A DNA stretch of 63,619 nt, filler included. It is 5 parts of 5 records of this genome, joined end to end, with 100 filler letters (N's around TTAATTAATTAA, not from the genome) between each part and the next. Parts side by side here need not be neighbours in the genome. Positions count along the whole stretch, not along the records: positions 31,369 to 44,418 come from SRR31156797_839; positions 44,519 to 53,273 come from SRR31156797_856; positions 53,374 to 63,619 come from SRR31156797_858; 2 more parts are not named here. One strand, 5' to 3'. The notes beneath the pieces are model-generated. The model made no database searches. It was not told where the DNA came from and saw only the letters and a list, made by a program, of their open reading frames with translations. Below, one piece after another: positions 43,752 through 53,455 of the stretch. The position numbers and the translations under genes are program-made. Position 1 is the stretch's first letter. Each line of letters begins with the position of its first letter.

Positions 43752-44418
43752 TTTATTTACTTTTACACCTCTAATTGAGTTTAAAAGTAAACCTATAGTA
43801 GTACCATTATGAAGTACTGCTGTTTGTATTGGAGAAAATAATCCAAAAGTAGCTCCAGCTAAAATAGCTGAGTTAATCCCTACTGTTGCATTGAAGTTGT
43901 TGTTAATTAACTTCATTGTGTTATTTGCTAACTCTTTTGCTTCTACTACCGCTGAAATATCATCTTTTAATAAACTTACATCAGCTGTAGCTTTTGCTAT
44001 ATCAGCTCCCCTACTCATAGAAATACCAACATGAGAAGAGATAAGTGCAGGTGCATCATTAATTCCATCACCAACAAATGCAACTTTTTTACCCTCATCC
44101 ATAAGCTCTTTTACAATTCGTGCTTTGTCAGTTGGTAAAAGTTCTGCTCTAACTTCATCAATATCAAGTTCTTGAGCTATCATTGAAGCTTTTTTCTTAG
44201 TATCACCTGTTAGCATTACAATATTTTTAACACCAAGCTCTCTTAATCTTTTAATAGAAGACTTTGCATTTTTTCTTAAATTATCTGCTAAAGAGATTGT
44301 TCCTAAAAGTTTTCCATCAAAACCTATGTAAAGAAGTGTCTTTCCATTGTCTAATGATTTTTGAATTCTTGATTTTGCATTTCCAAAATCAATCTTTTCA
44401 TCATCTTCTAAAAAGTGT
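43749..44418 (-). CDS. heavy-metal P1B-type ATPase, C-terminal part, P1B-6/FezB-like
   Basis: Frame open to contig end; MLTGD, VGDGINDAPAL, last TM LHNGTT. Confidence 0.9.
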
Positions 44419-44518
44419 NNNNNNNNNNNNNNNNNNNNNNNNNNNNNNNNNNNNNNNNNNNNTTAATTAATTAANNNNNNNNNNNNNNNNNNNNNNNNNN
44501 NNNNNNNNNNNNNNNNNN
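44419..44518. other. artificial contig spacer
   Basis: N44-TTAATTAATTAA-N44. Confidence 0.99.
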
Positions 44519-44578
44519 TGATCCCAATAACTCTCCGTTAACAACAGAACATAGCTTTTTAACCGATAACCTTTTCAT
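44519..44578 (-). CDS. N-terminal 20 codons of the gene after tdk, possibly MurF/alanine racemase fusion
   Basis: TAATG overlap with tdk stop; [20 protein letters not shown] resembles a MurF N-terminus; identity inferred from common Bacteroidota order. Confidence 0.45.
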
Positions 44579-45156
44579 TAATCTTGGTTAGACTTGTTGT
44601 AGCAACTCCGACAAAGAGGTTCGTATATGTCTTTTTCTCCCAAAAGAACTACTTGTTCTTTTTCGGTAAGACGGTGAGAGAACTGGGCAATGCTTCCGCA
44701 ACGAACACAAATGGCATGTACTTTTGTTACATGATCGGCCACTGCCATTAATCCGGGGATGGGACCAAAAGGAGAACCTTTAAAATCCATGTCCAATCCG
44801 GCCACTATAACTCTTATGCCCAGGTTGGCCAATTTTGTTACCACTTCAACCAGCCCATTGTCAAAAAATTGTGCTTCGTCAATTCCGATAACATCAACAT
44901 CGCCGGACAGTAATAAAATATTAGCTGAATTTTCAACTGGTGTCGATCGTATTGCATTTTCGTCGTGAGAAACCACCTCGTCTTCAGAATAACGAACATC
45001 AACGACAGGTTTGTAAATCTCAACCTTTTGTTTTGCAATTTTAGCACGTTTCAGGCGTCTGATCAGCTCTTCTGTTTTACCCGAAAACATTGATCCTGCC
45101 ACAACCTCAATTGAACCTACTTTTTTGTGGCTATTTACATCTCTTTCAATAAACAT
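44578..45156 (-). CDS. tdk: thymidine kinase
   Basis: [33 protein letters not shown]. Confidence 0.97.
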   Translation of the reverse strand: MFIERDVNSHKKVGSIEVVAGSMFSGKTEELIRRLKRAKIAKQKVEIYKPVVDVRYSEDEVVSHDENAIRSTPVENSANILLLSGDVDVIGIDEAQFFDNGLVEVVTKLANLGIRVIVAGLDMDFKGSPFGPIPGLMAVADHVTKVHAICVRCGSIAQFSHRLTEKEQVVLLGEKDIYEPLCRSCYNKSNQD

Positions 45157-45296
45157 TAATCGTTACTCCTTTTGTAAATAAGATTTTTATAACGGTCTTG
45201 TAATTTTACTACTTTTACAAAAATAAACTTTACAGGCTTGTTTGGTAATGAAAAGCCATGAATAATTTACCAACACTACCTTAAAAGCTTGAATGT

Positions 45297-46253
45297 ATGG
45301 AGAATAATAAATTATTTAAATTTCTGATTAAAGATATTGCCGAAATAGAAGAGCTGTTTGAAGAAAAAAGAGCGGTAGGATTTGATGAGCTCGAGATGGA
45401 ATTTATAAGAACACGGTTTAATGGAGCAAAACATATAATTCAATTGCTAAGTCAGAACGAAAATCAACCTAAAAACCAGGTTCAGGCAGAAACAGTAATT
45501 GAAGAGCAACTTGTTCGGAATAATGGTATTTCCGAAGAGAAGAGGTTTGAACAACAACCGAAGAAACAAACTGCAGAATTCACACAAGAGGAAAAGGAAA
45601 GTTTGGAAGCGTTGGCAGAATTTGAGGAAGAAATAAAAGATGAAACTGCCGGACAATCTCAAATTCAAGAAGAAGTTAGTGCAGAGGAAGAACCGAAACA
45701 GGAAGTAGAAACTGTAGTAGAACCTGAAGCGATAAAAGAATCTGATGTTGCAAAAGACAGGAGCGATGTTGAAGAGGAGACTGTAGCGATTACTCAGGAT
45801 TCTGATGTAAATGCGATTGCTCCTAATGAGAATAATGATCAGAAAGAAGAAACAGTGAAAGAAATTGTGGAAGTTGTTGGGGAAAAGGTTGGGCCGGATC
45901 AGGAATCTGTCGAAAGTACTGATGCCAACAACAGGTTGGGTGATATTTTCAAAAAAGAAAAATCAGTGAACGATCTTATGGGAGGTCAGGATAATAAAAA
46001 ACTTGAATATAAAATATCAAATAGTCCTGTTGAAAACATGCAATCTGCAATTGGGATTAACGATCGATATCAATTTATCAGGGAGTTGTTCGATGGAAAT
46101 ACAGATGCTTTTACAAAAACAGTCGCTGATCTTGATGCGTTGACAAATATTCAGGAAGCGGTAAGTTATCTTCAACAAAATTTTAAATGGAAGAAAAACG
46201 ATACCAGTCTTAAATTTGTAAATCTTGTAAAACGTCGTTTCCCAAATGGATAA
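45297..46253 (+). CDS. Bacteroidota hypothetical protein with long Glu-rich linker
   Basis: Acidic low-complexity middle; folded-looking C-terminus AIGINDRYQFIRELF; overlaps rsmI start. Confidence 0.8.
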   Translation: MENNKLFKFLIKDIAEIEELFEEKRAVGFDELEMEFIRTRFNGAKHIIQLLSQNENQPKNQVQAETVIEEQLVRNNGISEEKRFEQQPKKQTAEFTQEEKESLEALAEFEEEIKDETAGQSQIQEEVSAEEEPKQEVETVVEPEAIKESDVAKDRSDVEEETVAITQDSDVNAIAPNENNDQKEETVKEIVEVVGEKVGPDQESVESTDANNRLGDIFKKEKSVNDLMGGQDNKKLEYKISNSPVENMQSAIGINDRYQFIRELFDGNTDAFTKTVADLDALTNIQEAVSYLQQNFKWKKNDTSLKFVNLVKRRFPNG

Positions 46254-46932
46254 TGCTGGAAAATTAATATTGGTTCCAACACCTATTGGTAACTTGCAGG
46301 ATATTACACTTCGTGCTGTGTCGGTTTTAAAAGAAGCTGATATAATTTTAGCAGAAGATACACGTGTGTCTTCAAAACTACTAAAACACCTGGAGATTGA
46401 TAAAAGGCTAACGGCTCATCATAAATTTAACGAACATAAAACTACCAGTTCAATTGTTTCGAAAATAGAGCAGGGGAATACTGTAGCGATGATCTCAGAT
46501 GCAGGTACTCCAGCTATCTCTGATCCTGGGTTCTTATTGGTTCGGGCTTGTGTTGAAAAGGAAATTGAAGTGGAGTGTTTGCCCGGAGCAACAGCATTAA
46601 TACCTGCATTGGCAGTTTCTGGTTTACCTACCGAAAAGTTTGTTTTCGAAGGTTTTTTACCTCAGAAAAAAGGACGACAAACACGCTTAAATCTTTTGGC
46701 TGAAGAATCGCGAACAATGGTATTTTATGAATCTCCATACCGACTGGTAAAAGCGCTTGGGCAGTTTTCAGAATATTTTGGGGAAGAACGTCGAGCCTGT
46801 GTGTGTCGAGAGCTAAGTAAAATGTTCGAAGAGATTAAACGTGGATCTGTCCTGGAGCTGGAAAACTATTATACCAATCACCCGGCTAAAGGTGAAATTG
46901 TAATTGTGGTTGAGGGAAAATCAAGTAAATAA
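46246..46932 (+). CDS. rsmI: 16S rRNA (cytidine1402-2'-O)-methyltransferase
   Basis: TPIGNLQDIT, AEDTR, SDAGTPAISDPG, FEGFLP, YESP. Confidence 0.96.
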   Translation: MDNAGKLILVPTPIGNLQDITLRAVSVLKEADIILAEDTRVSSKLLKHLEIDKRLTAHHKFNEHKTTSSIVSKIEQGNTVAMISDAGTPAISDPGFLLVRACVEKEIEVECLPGATALIPALAVSGLPTEKFVFEGFLPQKKGRQTRLNLLAEESRTMVFYESPYRLVKALGQFSEYFGEERRACVCRELSKMFEEIKRGSVLELENYYTNHPAKGEIVIVVEGKSSK

Positions 46933-46970
46933 TAACCAGGCGGTAGCAAGCCTGTTTTTATAGAGAGTGA

Positions 46971-47690
46971 ATGATTAAAAAATATACGCATTTGTTTTTC
47001 GACCTGGACAATACATTGTGGGATTTTAAAACCAACTCGCGTTATGCAATGAAAGTTGTTTTTAAAAACTTTATTGCAGATAATCAGGAAATAGATTTTA
47101 ATTCTTTTTTTGAGATATATAGCATTAATAACGAAATTCTTTGGGGGTATTACAGAAAAAAGCAAATACAGAAGAAAGAACTTACACGACAACGATTTCA
47201 GTTAACTTTTGATAAATTAGGGATTAACGGAATCAATCCGGAGGAAATGAACGCTTCTTATTTGACCGAAATGCCAAAACAATCTTATTTGGTTGATGGT
47301 GCAATAAATGTTTTGGAATATGCTAAAAGTAAAGGTTATAAAATGAACATTATAACCAATGGCTTTAAGGAGGTGCAACACAATAAACTCAAGAGTTCGG
47401 GATTGGCTCCTTATTTCAACAAAGTGTTTATTTCAGAGGAAGTGAAAACTCCTAAACCTGGTCACGAAATCTTTGAATATGCCATAAAATCAACCAACGC
47501 TAAAAAGAAACAAAGTCTAATGATTGGCGATGATTGGGATGTTGATATTATTGGTGCCTTAAAGTTTGGAATAGATGCTGTTTTTTATTCCGCTGGAAAA
47601 AGTAAACGCAATGAGATCGGGGAGGTTGCCGATATGAATTGCGAGTTATATAAGGTGGAGGTAATGAGAGATTTGGTAAGTTTATTGTAA
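46971..47690 (+). CDS. YjjG-family HAD pyrimidine nucleotidase
   Basis: FFDLDNTLWDF, ITNGF, KP, MIGDD..DI.GA. Confidence 0.9.
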   Translation: MIKKYTHLFFDLDNTLWDFKTNSRYAMKVVFKNFIADNQEIDFNSFFEIYSINNEILWGYYRKKQIQKKELTRQRFQLTFDKLGINGINPEEMNASYLTEMPKQSYLVDGAINVLEYAKSKGYKMNIITNGFKEVQHNKLKSSGLAPYFNKVFISEEVKTPKPGHEIFEYAIKSTNAKKKQSLMIGDDWDVDIIGALKFGIDAVFYSAGKSKRNEIGEVADMNCELYKVEVMRDLVSLL

Positions 47691-48691
47691 CTATTCCGAA
47701 TAGTTCCCTAATCTTTTATTTTAAGACCTGCTTTTTTTAGTGTCGGTGCTAAAGGACAATTGGGTCGGATATTCTCATATATAAAAGACTCTGTAAAAAG
47801 CTGATTTTATAGTATACGGTTGACCGATAAGTTAATCGTGAAAACTATATAGCTATTCACAAGGATTTTAATCATAATTTTAATACGGTTTTTCCTTTGA
47901 GTTGCGGAAGGTTATTAGGGATTGAGTTAAGGGAAAGATCTCTTATAATTGGGATATGGAATTTTTCAAGGTGAAATTATCTTGACAATTAAAAGTTCAA
48001 ACAAAAAAAGTTATGCTTTAAAATAAAACTCCTGCAGGTTTTAATATGTTGGTTGTTTTGGGTTAAAATCAATAATAAATCATATTTCAAAAGGTAATTG
48101 TAGGCGAATTATTATACAATATAATTCTATGCTGATCGGAACGTTGGAGTTATTTATATTAAGCAGAATGATCTTCTAAACACGATTAATATTATCCCTT
48201 TAAATGAGGAACTGTTAAGAAAATTAACATTAATTCAATAAAAATCAGAACTCCTTATTGTAATGTATACAAGATCCTGGTGCTAAGGGAGTTGGTGTGA
48301 GGCTGTGTTGTGCGGAAATTTTATTATTTGCTAATTATTGTGTCATAATAATTCTTTTTTATCCAATAGAGGTGCAAAATGCTTGCAAGTGTTAATAAAA
48401 ATCAGATATTTGTACCGGTGATTTATTGAGTAAATAGAAAAATTAATATAATGATTAATGGCCAATAAGGCTTGGGGGAGTCTGGACATAATCATTAAGG
48501 GATATTTCCATAATAAGTACTGTTTAATTGCTAAAGTAAAACCATTTTTTCTCACAGATCCTGGTGACTTTTATGTTGCTATTCGTTTTTGAGTAGCTAT
48601 GGTTTTAAGTATACTTCTTAGTAGATGCAGTAGTGTATTGTGGGCAAGTGTTAGTACAATGCTGTTTAATAATAATTTAAAACTATTTTTT

Positions 48692-51600
48692 ATGAAGAAA
48701 ATTGCATTCTTTTTATCGTTCCTTATTTTGTTGGGAGCGATGGTTGTAAATGCTCAAACGAAGATGATAACCGGTACGGTTACTTCAAGCGAGGATAATC
48801 AGCCAATTCCCGGAGTGTCTGTATCAGTTGCAGGTACTACATTGGGTACTGTAACCGATATTGACGGTGTTTTTAATTTGAAGGTACCAGACGATGCTGC
48901 AGCTTTATTGGTAAGTTTTGTTGGTATGAAAACTCAAACAGTTGAGTTAGGTAGTAGCTTGGAGTATGCTATTGTAATGGAGCCTGATCTTGTAGGTATC
49001 GATGAAGTTGTTGTAACGGCACTTGGTATCTCGCGTGAGAAGAAATCTCTAGCATATTCTGCGCAAGGATTAACGGGAGACGAAATTGCAGCAGTTAAAG
49101 ATGCTAACATTGTGAACTCTTTATCTGGTAAAGTTGCAGGGGTTCAGGTTACCGGTTCGACTGGTACTTTGGGAGGATCGTCTCGAATTATTATTCGTGG
49201 TGTAAATTCAATTTCGGGAAATAATCAGCCTTTGTTTATTGTTGATGGTACCCCAATCGATAACTCGAATTTTAATAGTAGCGACACACAGAGAGGTAGT
49301 GGTGGTGTTGATTTTGGTAATCCAACAGCAGACATCAATCCTGAAGATATTGAATCGATGACCGTCCTTAAAGGTGCTAATGCTGCTGCACTTTATGGGT
49401 CGCGTGCAGCGAATGGTGTTATTCTTATTACTACAAAAAAAGGTACCAAGCGTAAAGGTATTGGTGTTTCTATAACTTCTGGTGTTAACATGACAACTGT
49501 AGCAGAATTACCAAATTATCAAAATGAATATGGAGGTGGTTATAAGCAGTCGTTTGATACTTATAACGGTGAGCCTATTGTTAACTATGCCGCAGATGAA
49601 AGTTGGGGGCCCAAAATGGATGGAACACTCGTTCGTCAATGGTATAGTTGGTACGAAGACGATCCGGATTATGGAAAAATGACACCTTTTCTTCCTCATG
49701 AGAATAATATTAAGGATTTTTATGAAACAGGTATAACATTTAATAATAATGTTGCGTTATCTGGAGGCAGTGATAAAACTCTTTTTCGTTTGTCATATAC
49801 TAATTTCAACCAAACAGGTACGGTTCCTGGTGCTGAGTTGAAAAAGAATACTATTGCTTTTAACGGCAGTACAAAGTTAACTGAAAAGTTTACAGCTTCG
49901 GCAAGTATTAATTTTGTAGAGACTCAAAACGATGGTATGCCCGGGCAGGGATATGGAAATAACGCTGGTAATGTTGTAACAAGTTTTAACCAGTGGTTCC
50001 AGCGTCAGTTAGACATGGATAAGTTAAAGAACTACAAAACCGCAGATGGTAGAGACCGCACCTGGAATATTAAATCACCAACTAACTTGGATCCTTTATA
50101 TTGGGAGAATCCATATTGGGTGTTATACGAAAGCCCTGCAAGTTTGAACAGACAGAGGGTATTTGGTAATATCTCTGTAAAATACGACGTGCTTCCTGGG
50201 TTGACCGTTCAAGGATGGGCGCGTACTGATTTTTACACCGACAGACGTGAAGAAAGAATTGCTTCTGGTTCAATTCCTCAAGACTGGTATAAAGAAGAAG
50301 TGCGTCAGCTGACAGACAATAACTATGAGTTTTTGGCCACCTATACAAAAACTATTGCTGAGGATTTTACTTTAGATGCTAACTTTGGTATGAATAAACG
50401 CGTTCGCGAATATTACAAGAATTCGGCAGGTACTAACGGCGGTTTAAGTGTGCCTAACTTCTTTAATATTAGTGCCTCAGTTGACAGACCCTCTATTACT
50501 GATTACAAATCGAAAAAAATTGTGAATTCGGTATACGGAAGTGCAACTTTTGGATATAAAAGTTTAGCTTATGTTGATGTTTCTTTACGTAACGACTGGT
50601 CGTCAACTTTGCCTGATGGAGAAAATTCATATTTATATCCTGCAATAGGTGCTACGTTCTTGTTCTCGGAATTAATTGAGGATAAATCAATATTGTCTTT
50701 AGGTAAGGTAAGGGCAAGTTGGTCAGAGGTAGGTAACGATACCGATCCTTACCAATTGGCAGTTACTTATAGTGCACAAGATAACTACGGAAGCTATCCT
50801 GCATATGCAGTGCCTAACAAGCTTAAAAATGCTAATCTGAAACCAGAATCTATTACTACAAAAGAAGTTGGTGTTGAGCTTGGGTTTTTTAAAAGTCGCG
50901 TAGGATTGGATGTAACTTATTACGATATTGAATCAAAAGATCAGATATTGGATTTGGATGTGGCGAGCACGTCTGGTTATAGCTCAACTGTTGTTAATGC
51001 AGGATTGGTTACTAATAAAGGATGGGAAGTAATGTTGAGTGGAAGACCAATTGACAAAGACTTCACTTGGGATGTTGTTGTTAACTGGGCGAAGAATACA
51101 AACAAAGTTGTTGAATTAGCTGAAGATCTGGATAATTACCAGTTGGCAAGCTGGGGACCTTCAATTAACGCACGTGTTGGAGAAAGTTATGGTACTTGGG
51201 TAACAGATGGTTTTGTTTATCATGATAGTGGTGAGCGAATTGTTGATGAGGATGGTTATTATGAAAGGGCCACAAACCAGACTTATGGTTCATACTTGCC
51301 TGATTGGACTGGTGGTGTTTCTAATACTTTTGCCTATAAGGGGATTTCTTTATCAGCCTTAGTGGATTTCCAAAAAGGAGGTCAGATTTATTCGGTTTCG
51401 AACCGTTATGGTAATTACTCGGGAATGCTGGCAGAAACTGTTGGATTAAATGATAAAGGTAATCCTATGAGGGATCCTGTAAGCGAAGGAGGTGGTGTTC
51501 GTGCAGAAGGTGTAACAGCTGATGGTTCAGAAAACACTGTTTACATTGAAGCGGTTGATTACTGGCAACATTTAAGAACACGTAGAGAATATTATTTATA

Positions 51601-51847
51601 CGATGCCAGCTTTATAAAATTACGTGAAGTTAGATTGGGATATACTATGCCAAGCAGATGGTTCTCAAATAATTTTATTAGTGGAATTAGTGTGTCTCTT
51701 GTAGGGCGTAATTTATGGATTATCCATAAGAATCTTCCTAACTTCGATCCGGAGACTGCATACGGATCAGGCAATGTTCAGGGGTTTGAGAATGGTCAGC
51801 ACCCAAGTACACGAACTATGGGCTTTAGCGTAAATATTAAATTATAA
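48692..51847 (+). CDS. SusC/RagA-family TonB-dependent transporter
   Basis: Signal peptide from ATG 48692; VVVTALG, PLFIVDG, DINPEDIESMTVLKGANAAALYGSRAANGVILITTK. Confidence 0.96.
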   Translation: MKKIAFFLSFLILLGAMVVNAQTKMITGTVTSSEDNQPIPGVSVSVAGTTLGTVTDIDGVFNLKVPDDAAALLVSFVGMKTQTVELGSSLEYAIVMEPDLVGIDEVVVTALGISREKKSLAYSAQGLTGDEIAAVKDANIVNSLSGKVAGVQVTGSTGTLGGSSRIIIRGVNSISGNNQPLFIVDGTPIDNSNFNSSDTQRGSGGVDFGNPTADINPEDIESMTVLKGANAAALYGSRAANGVILITTKKGTKRKGIGVSITSGVNMTTVAELPNYQNEYGGGYKQSFDTYNGEPIVNYAADESWGPKMDGTLVRQWYSWYEDDPDYGKMTPFLPHENNIKDFYETGITFNNNVALSGGSDKTLFRLSYTNFNQTGTVPGAELKKNTIAFNGSTKLTEKFTASASINFVETQNDGMPGQGYGNNAGNVVTSFNQWFQRQLDMDKLKNYKTADGRDRTWNIKSPTNLDPLYWENPYWVLYESPASLNRQRVFGNISVKYDVLPGLTVQGWARTDFYTDRREERIASGSIPQDWYKEEVRQLTDNNYEFLATYTKTIAEDFTLDANFGMNKRVREYYKNSAGTNGGLSVPNFFNISASVDRPSITDYKSKKIVNSVYGSATFGYKSLAYVDVSLRNDWSSTLPDGENSYLYPAIGATFLFSELIEDKSILSLGKVRASWSEVGNDTDPYQLAVTYSAQDNYGSYPAYAVPNKLKNANLKPESITTKEVGVELGFFKSRVGLDVTYYDIESKDQILDLDVASTSGYSSTVVNAGLVTNKGWEVMLSGRPIDKDFTWDVVVNWAKNTNKVVELAEDLDNYQLASWGPSINARVGESYGTWVTDGFVYHDSGERIVDEDGYYERATNQTYGSYLPDWTGGVSNTFAYKGISLSALVDFQKGGQIYSVSNRYGNYSGMLAETVGLNDKGNPMRDPVSEGGGVRAEGVTADGSENTVYIEAVDYWQHLRTRREYYLYDASFIKLREVRLGYTMPSRWFSNNFISGISVSLVGRNLWIIHKNLPNFDPETAYGSGNVQGFENGQHPSTRTMGFSVNIKL

Positions 51848-51874
51848 CCATTGTTAATACTAAAGGATAATAAG

Positions 51875-53273
51875 ATGAAAATACATATTAAGAAATCAAT
51901 TCTTGCCCTACTGTTTATGGCTTTAATGGTAGGTTGTACTAAGGATTTCGAAGAAACGAATACTGATCCGAACAACGTAACCGATGTGCCAACAGCATAT
52001 TTAATGACACAGGCTCAAAGGAGAATTCTTGGGGAACGATTCAATATTACTACCATGTTGTATTCTCAGCAATGGTCAGAAACACAGTATACCAATACAT
52101 CGCGGTATGAAACTGCTGAGGCAAGTTTTAACGATTACTATTCAGGACCTTTGGCTGACTTGCAACAGATCATTACATTGAATACTGATGAGGAAACAAT
52201 GGATGATGCAGCAGCGTCTGGAGCAAACGAAAACCAGATCGCTATTTGTCGAATTCTGAAAGTATATACTTTTCAGTTGATTACCGATATGTGGGGAGAG
52301 ATTCCATATAGTGATGCATTAAAAGGTGCGGATGCTTTTACTCCTACTTATGATACGCAAGATGCAATTTATGCAGACTTTGTTACGGAATTAACAGAAG
52401 CAGCAGCCCAAATAGATGAAAGTGCTTCCGGAATGGAAGGTGATATTATTTTTGGTGGAGATATGGCAGCCTGGAAGAAGTTTGCAAATGCTTTAAAAGC
52501 GCGTGTTGGTATTCGTATGACTGAGGTTGATGAGGCAGCTGCAAAAAGTGCGGTACTTTCAGGTTTGGCTGGAGGTTTTGAAAGTAATGAAGATAATGTT
52601 CTTTATTCCTATTTAACGGATGCTGCCAACTGGAATCCAATCTATGATCATTATTTGGAAAGAACAGATTATGCTATTAGTGATGTTTTGGCAGATTATA
52701 TGGCTGAACGAAATGATCCGCGTTTACCTATTTATGCTGATCCAATTAACGATGCATCGGATACGATAGTTGGTATGCCATATGGTTTGTCGGCTGCCGA
52801 TGCCGGCAGTATTACTAATGATGAAGTTTCATTTCCTGGTATCTCAGTTCGGTCAGCCGATAGTCCAGGTATAATGTTAACCTACTCAGAATTACTTTTT
52901 ATTAAAGCAGAAGCTGCTGCACGTGGTTGGACAAGTGATGATCCTGCGACAATATATGAAGATGCAATTGTTGCAAGTATGGAGTTTTGGGGTGTGGATG
53001 ATGCAGATATTAGTGCATATCTTGCTCAGTCAGAAGTTGCTTATGATGCAAGTAATTATAAAAAATCTATTGGAGAACAAAAATGGGTAAGCTTGTATAT
53101 GGATGGACAAGAGTCGTGGTCAGAATGGAGGCGTCTTGATTATCCGGAACTTACCCCTGCCCCTGCGGCAGCCGAAGGACGTGATATTCCGCGCAGACGA
53201 GCTTATACTCAAGATGAGTATGATTTGAATGACGAAAATGTTAAAGCTGCAGTAGCTCGTCAGGGAGAAGATG
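51875..53273 (+). CDS. SusD/RagB-family lipoprotein, 3' truncated
   Basis: Lipobox LMVG-C, NTDPN, WGEIPYS, WKKFANAL, DPR, EWRR; follows susC. Confidence 0.94.
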
Positions 53274-53373
53274 NNNNNNNNNNNNNNNNNNNNNNNNNNN
53301 NNNNNNNNNNNNNNNNNTTAATTAATTAANNNNNNNNNNNNNNNNNNNNNNNNNNNNNNNNNNNNNNNNNNNN
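53274..53373. other. artificial contig spacer
   Basis: N44-TTAATTAATTAA-N44. Confidence 0.99.
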
Positions 53374-53413
53374 CAAGCCAAAAATGAAGAGCCCGTCCGG
53401 CTTAAGGGCAAAA
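53374..53413. repeat. partial copy of a REP-like hairpin element at contig edge
   Basis: CAAGCCAAAAATGAAG resembles CAAGACAAGAAATGAGG at 57345-57361 and is likewise followed by a GCCC/GGGC hairpin. Confidence 0.4.
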
Positions 53414-53455
53414 CATGAAAAAGAAATTCCGTGAAGCAAGGAACGAGCTGAATCA

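Noticed and set aside
48270-48320. G-rich stretch upstream of susC as a cobalamin or TPP riboswitch
   Set aside because: Core conserved motifs of those riboswitches were not found by eye; an Rfam scan would be decisive
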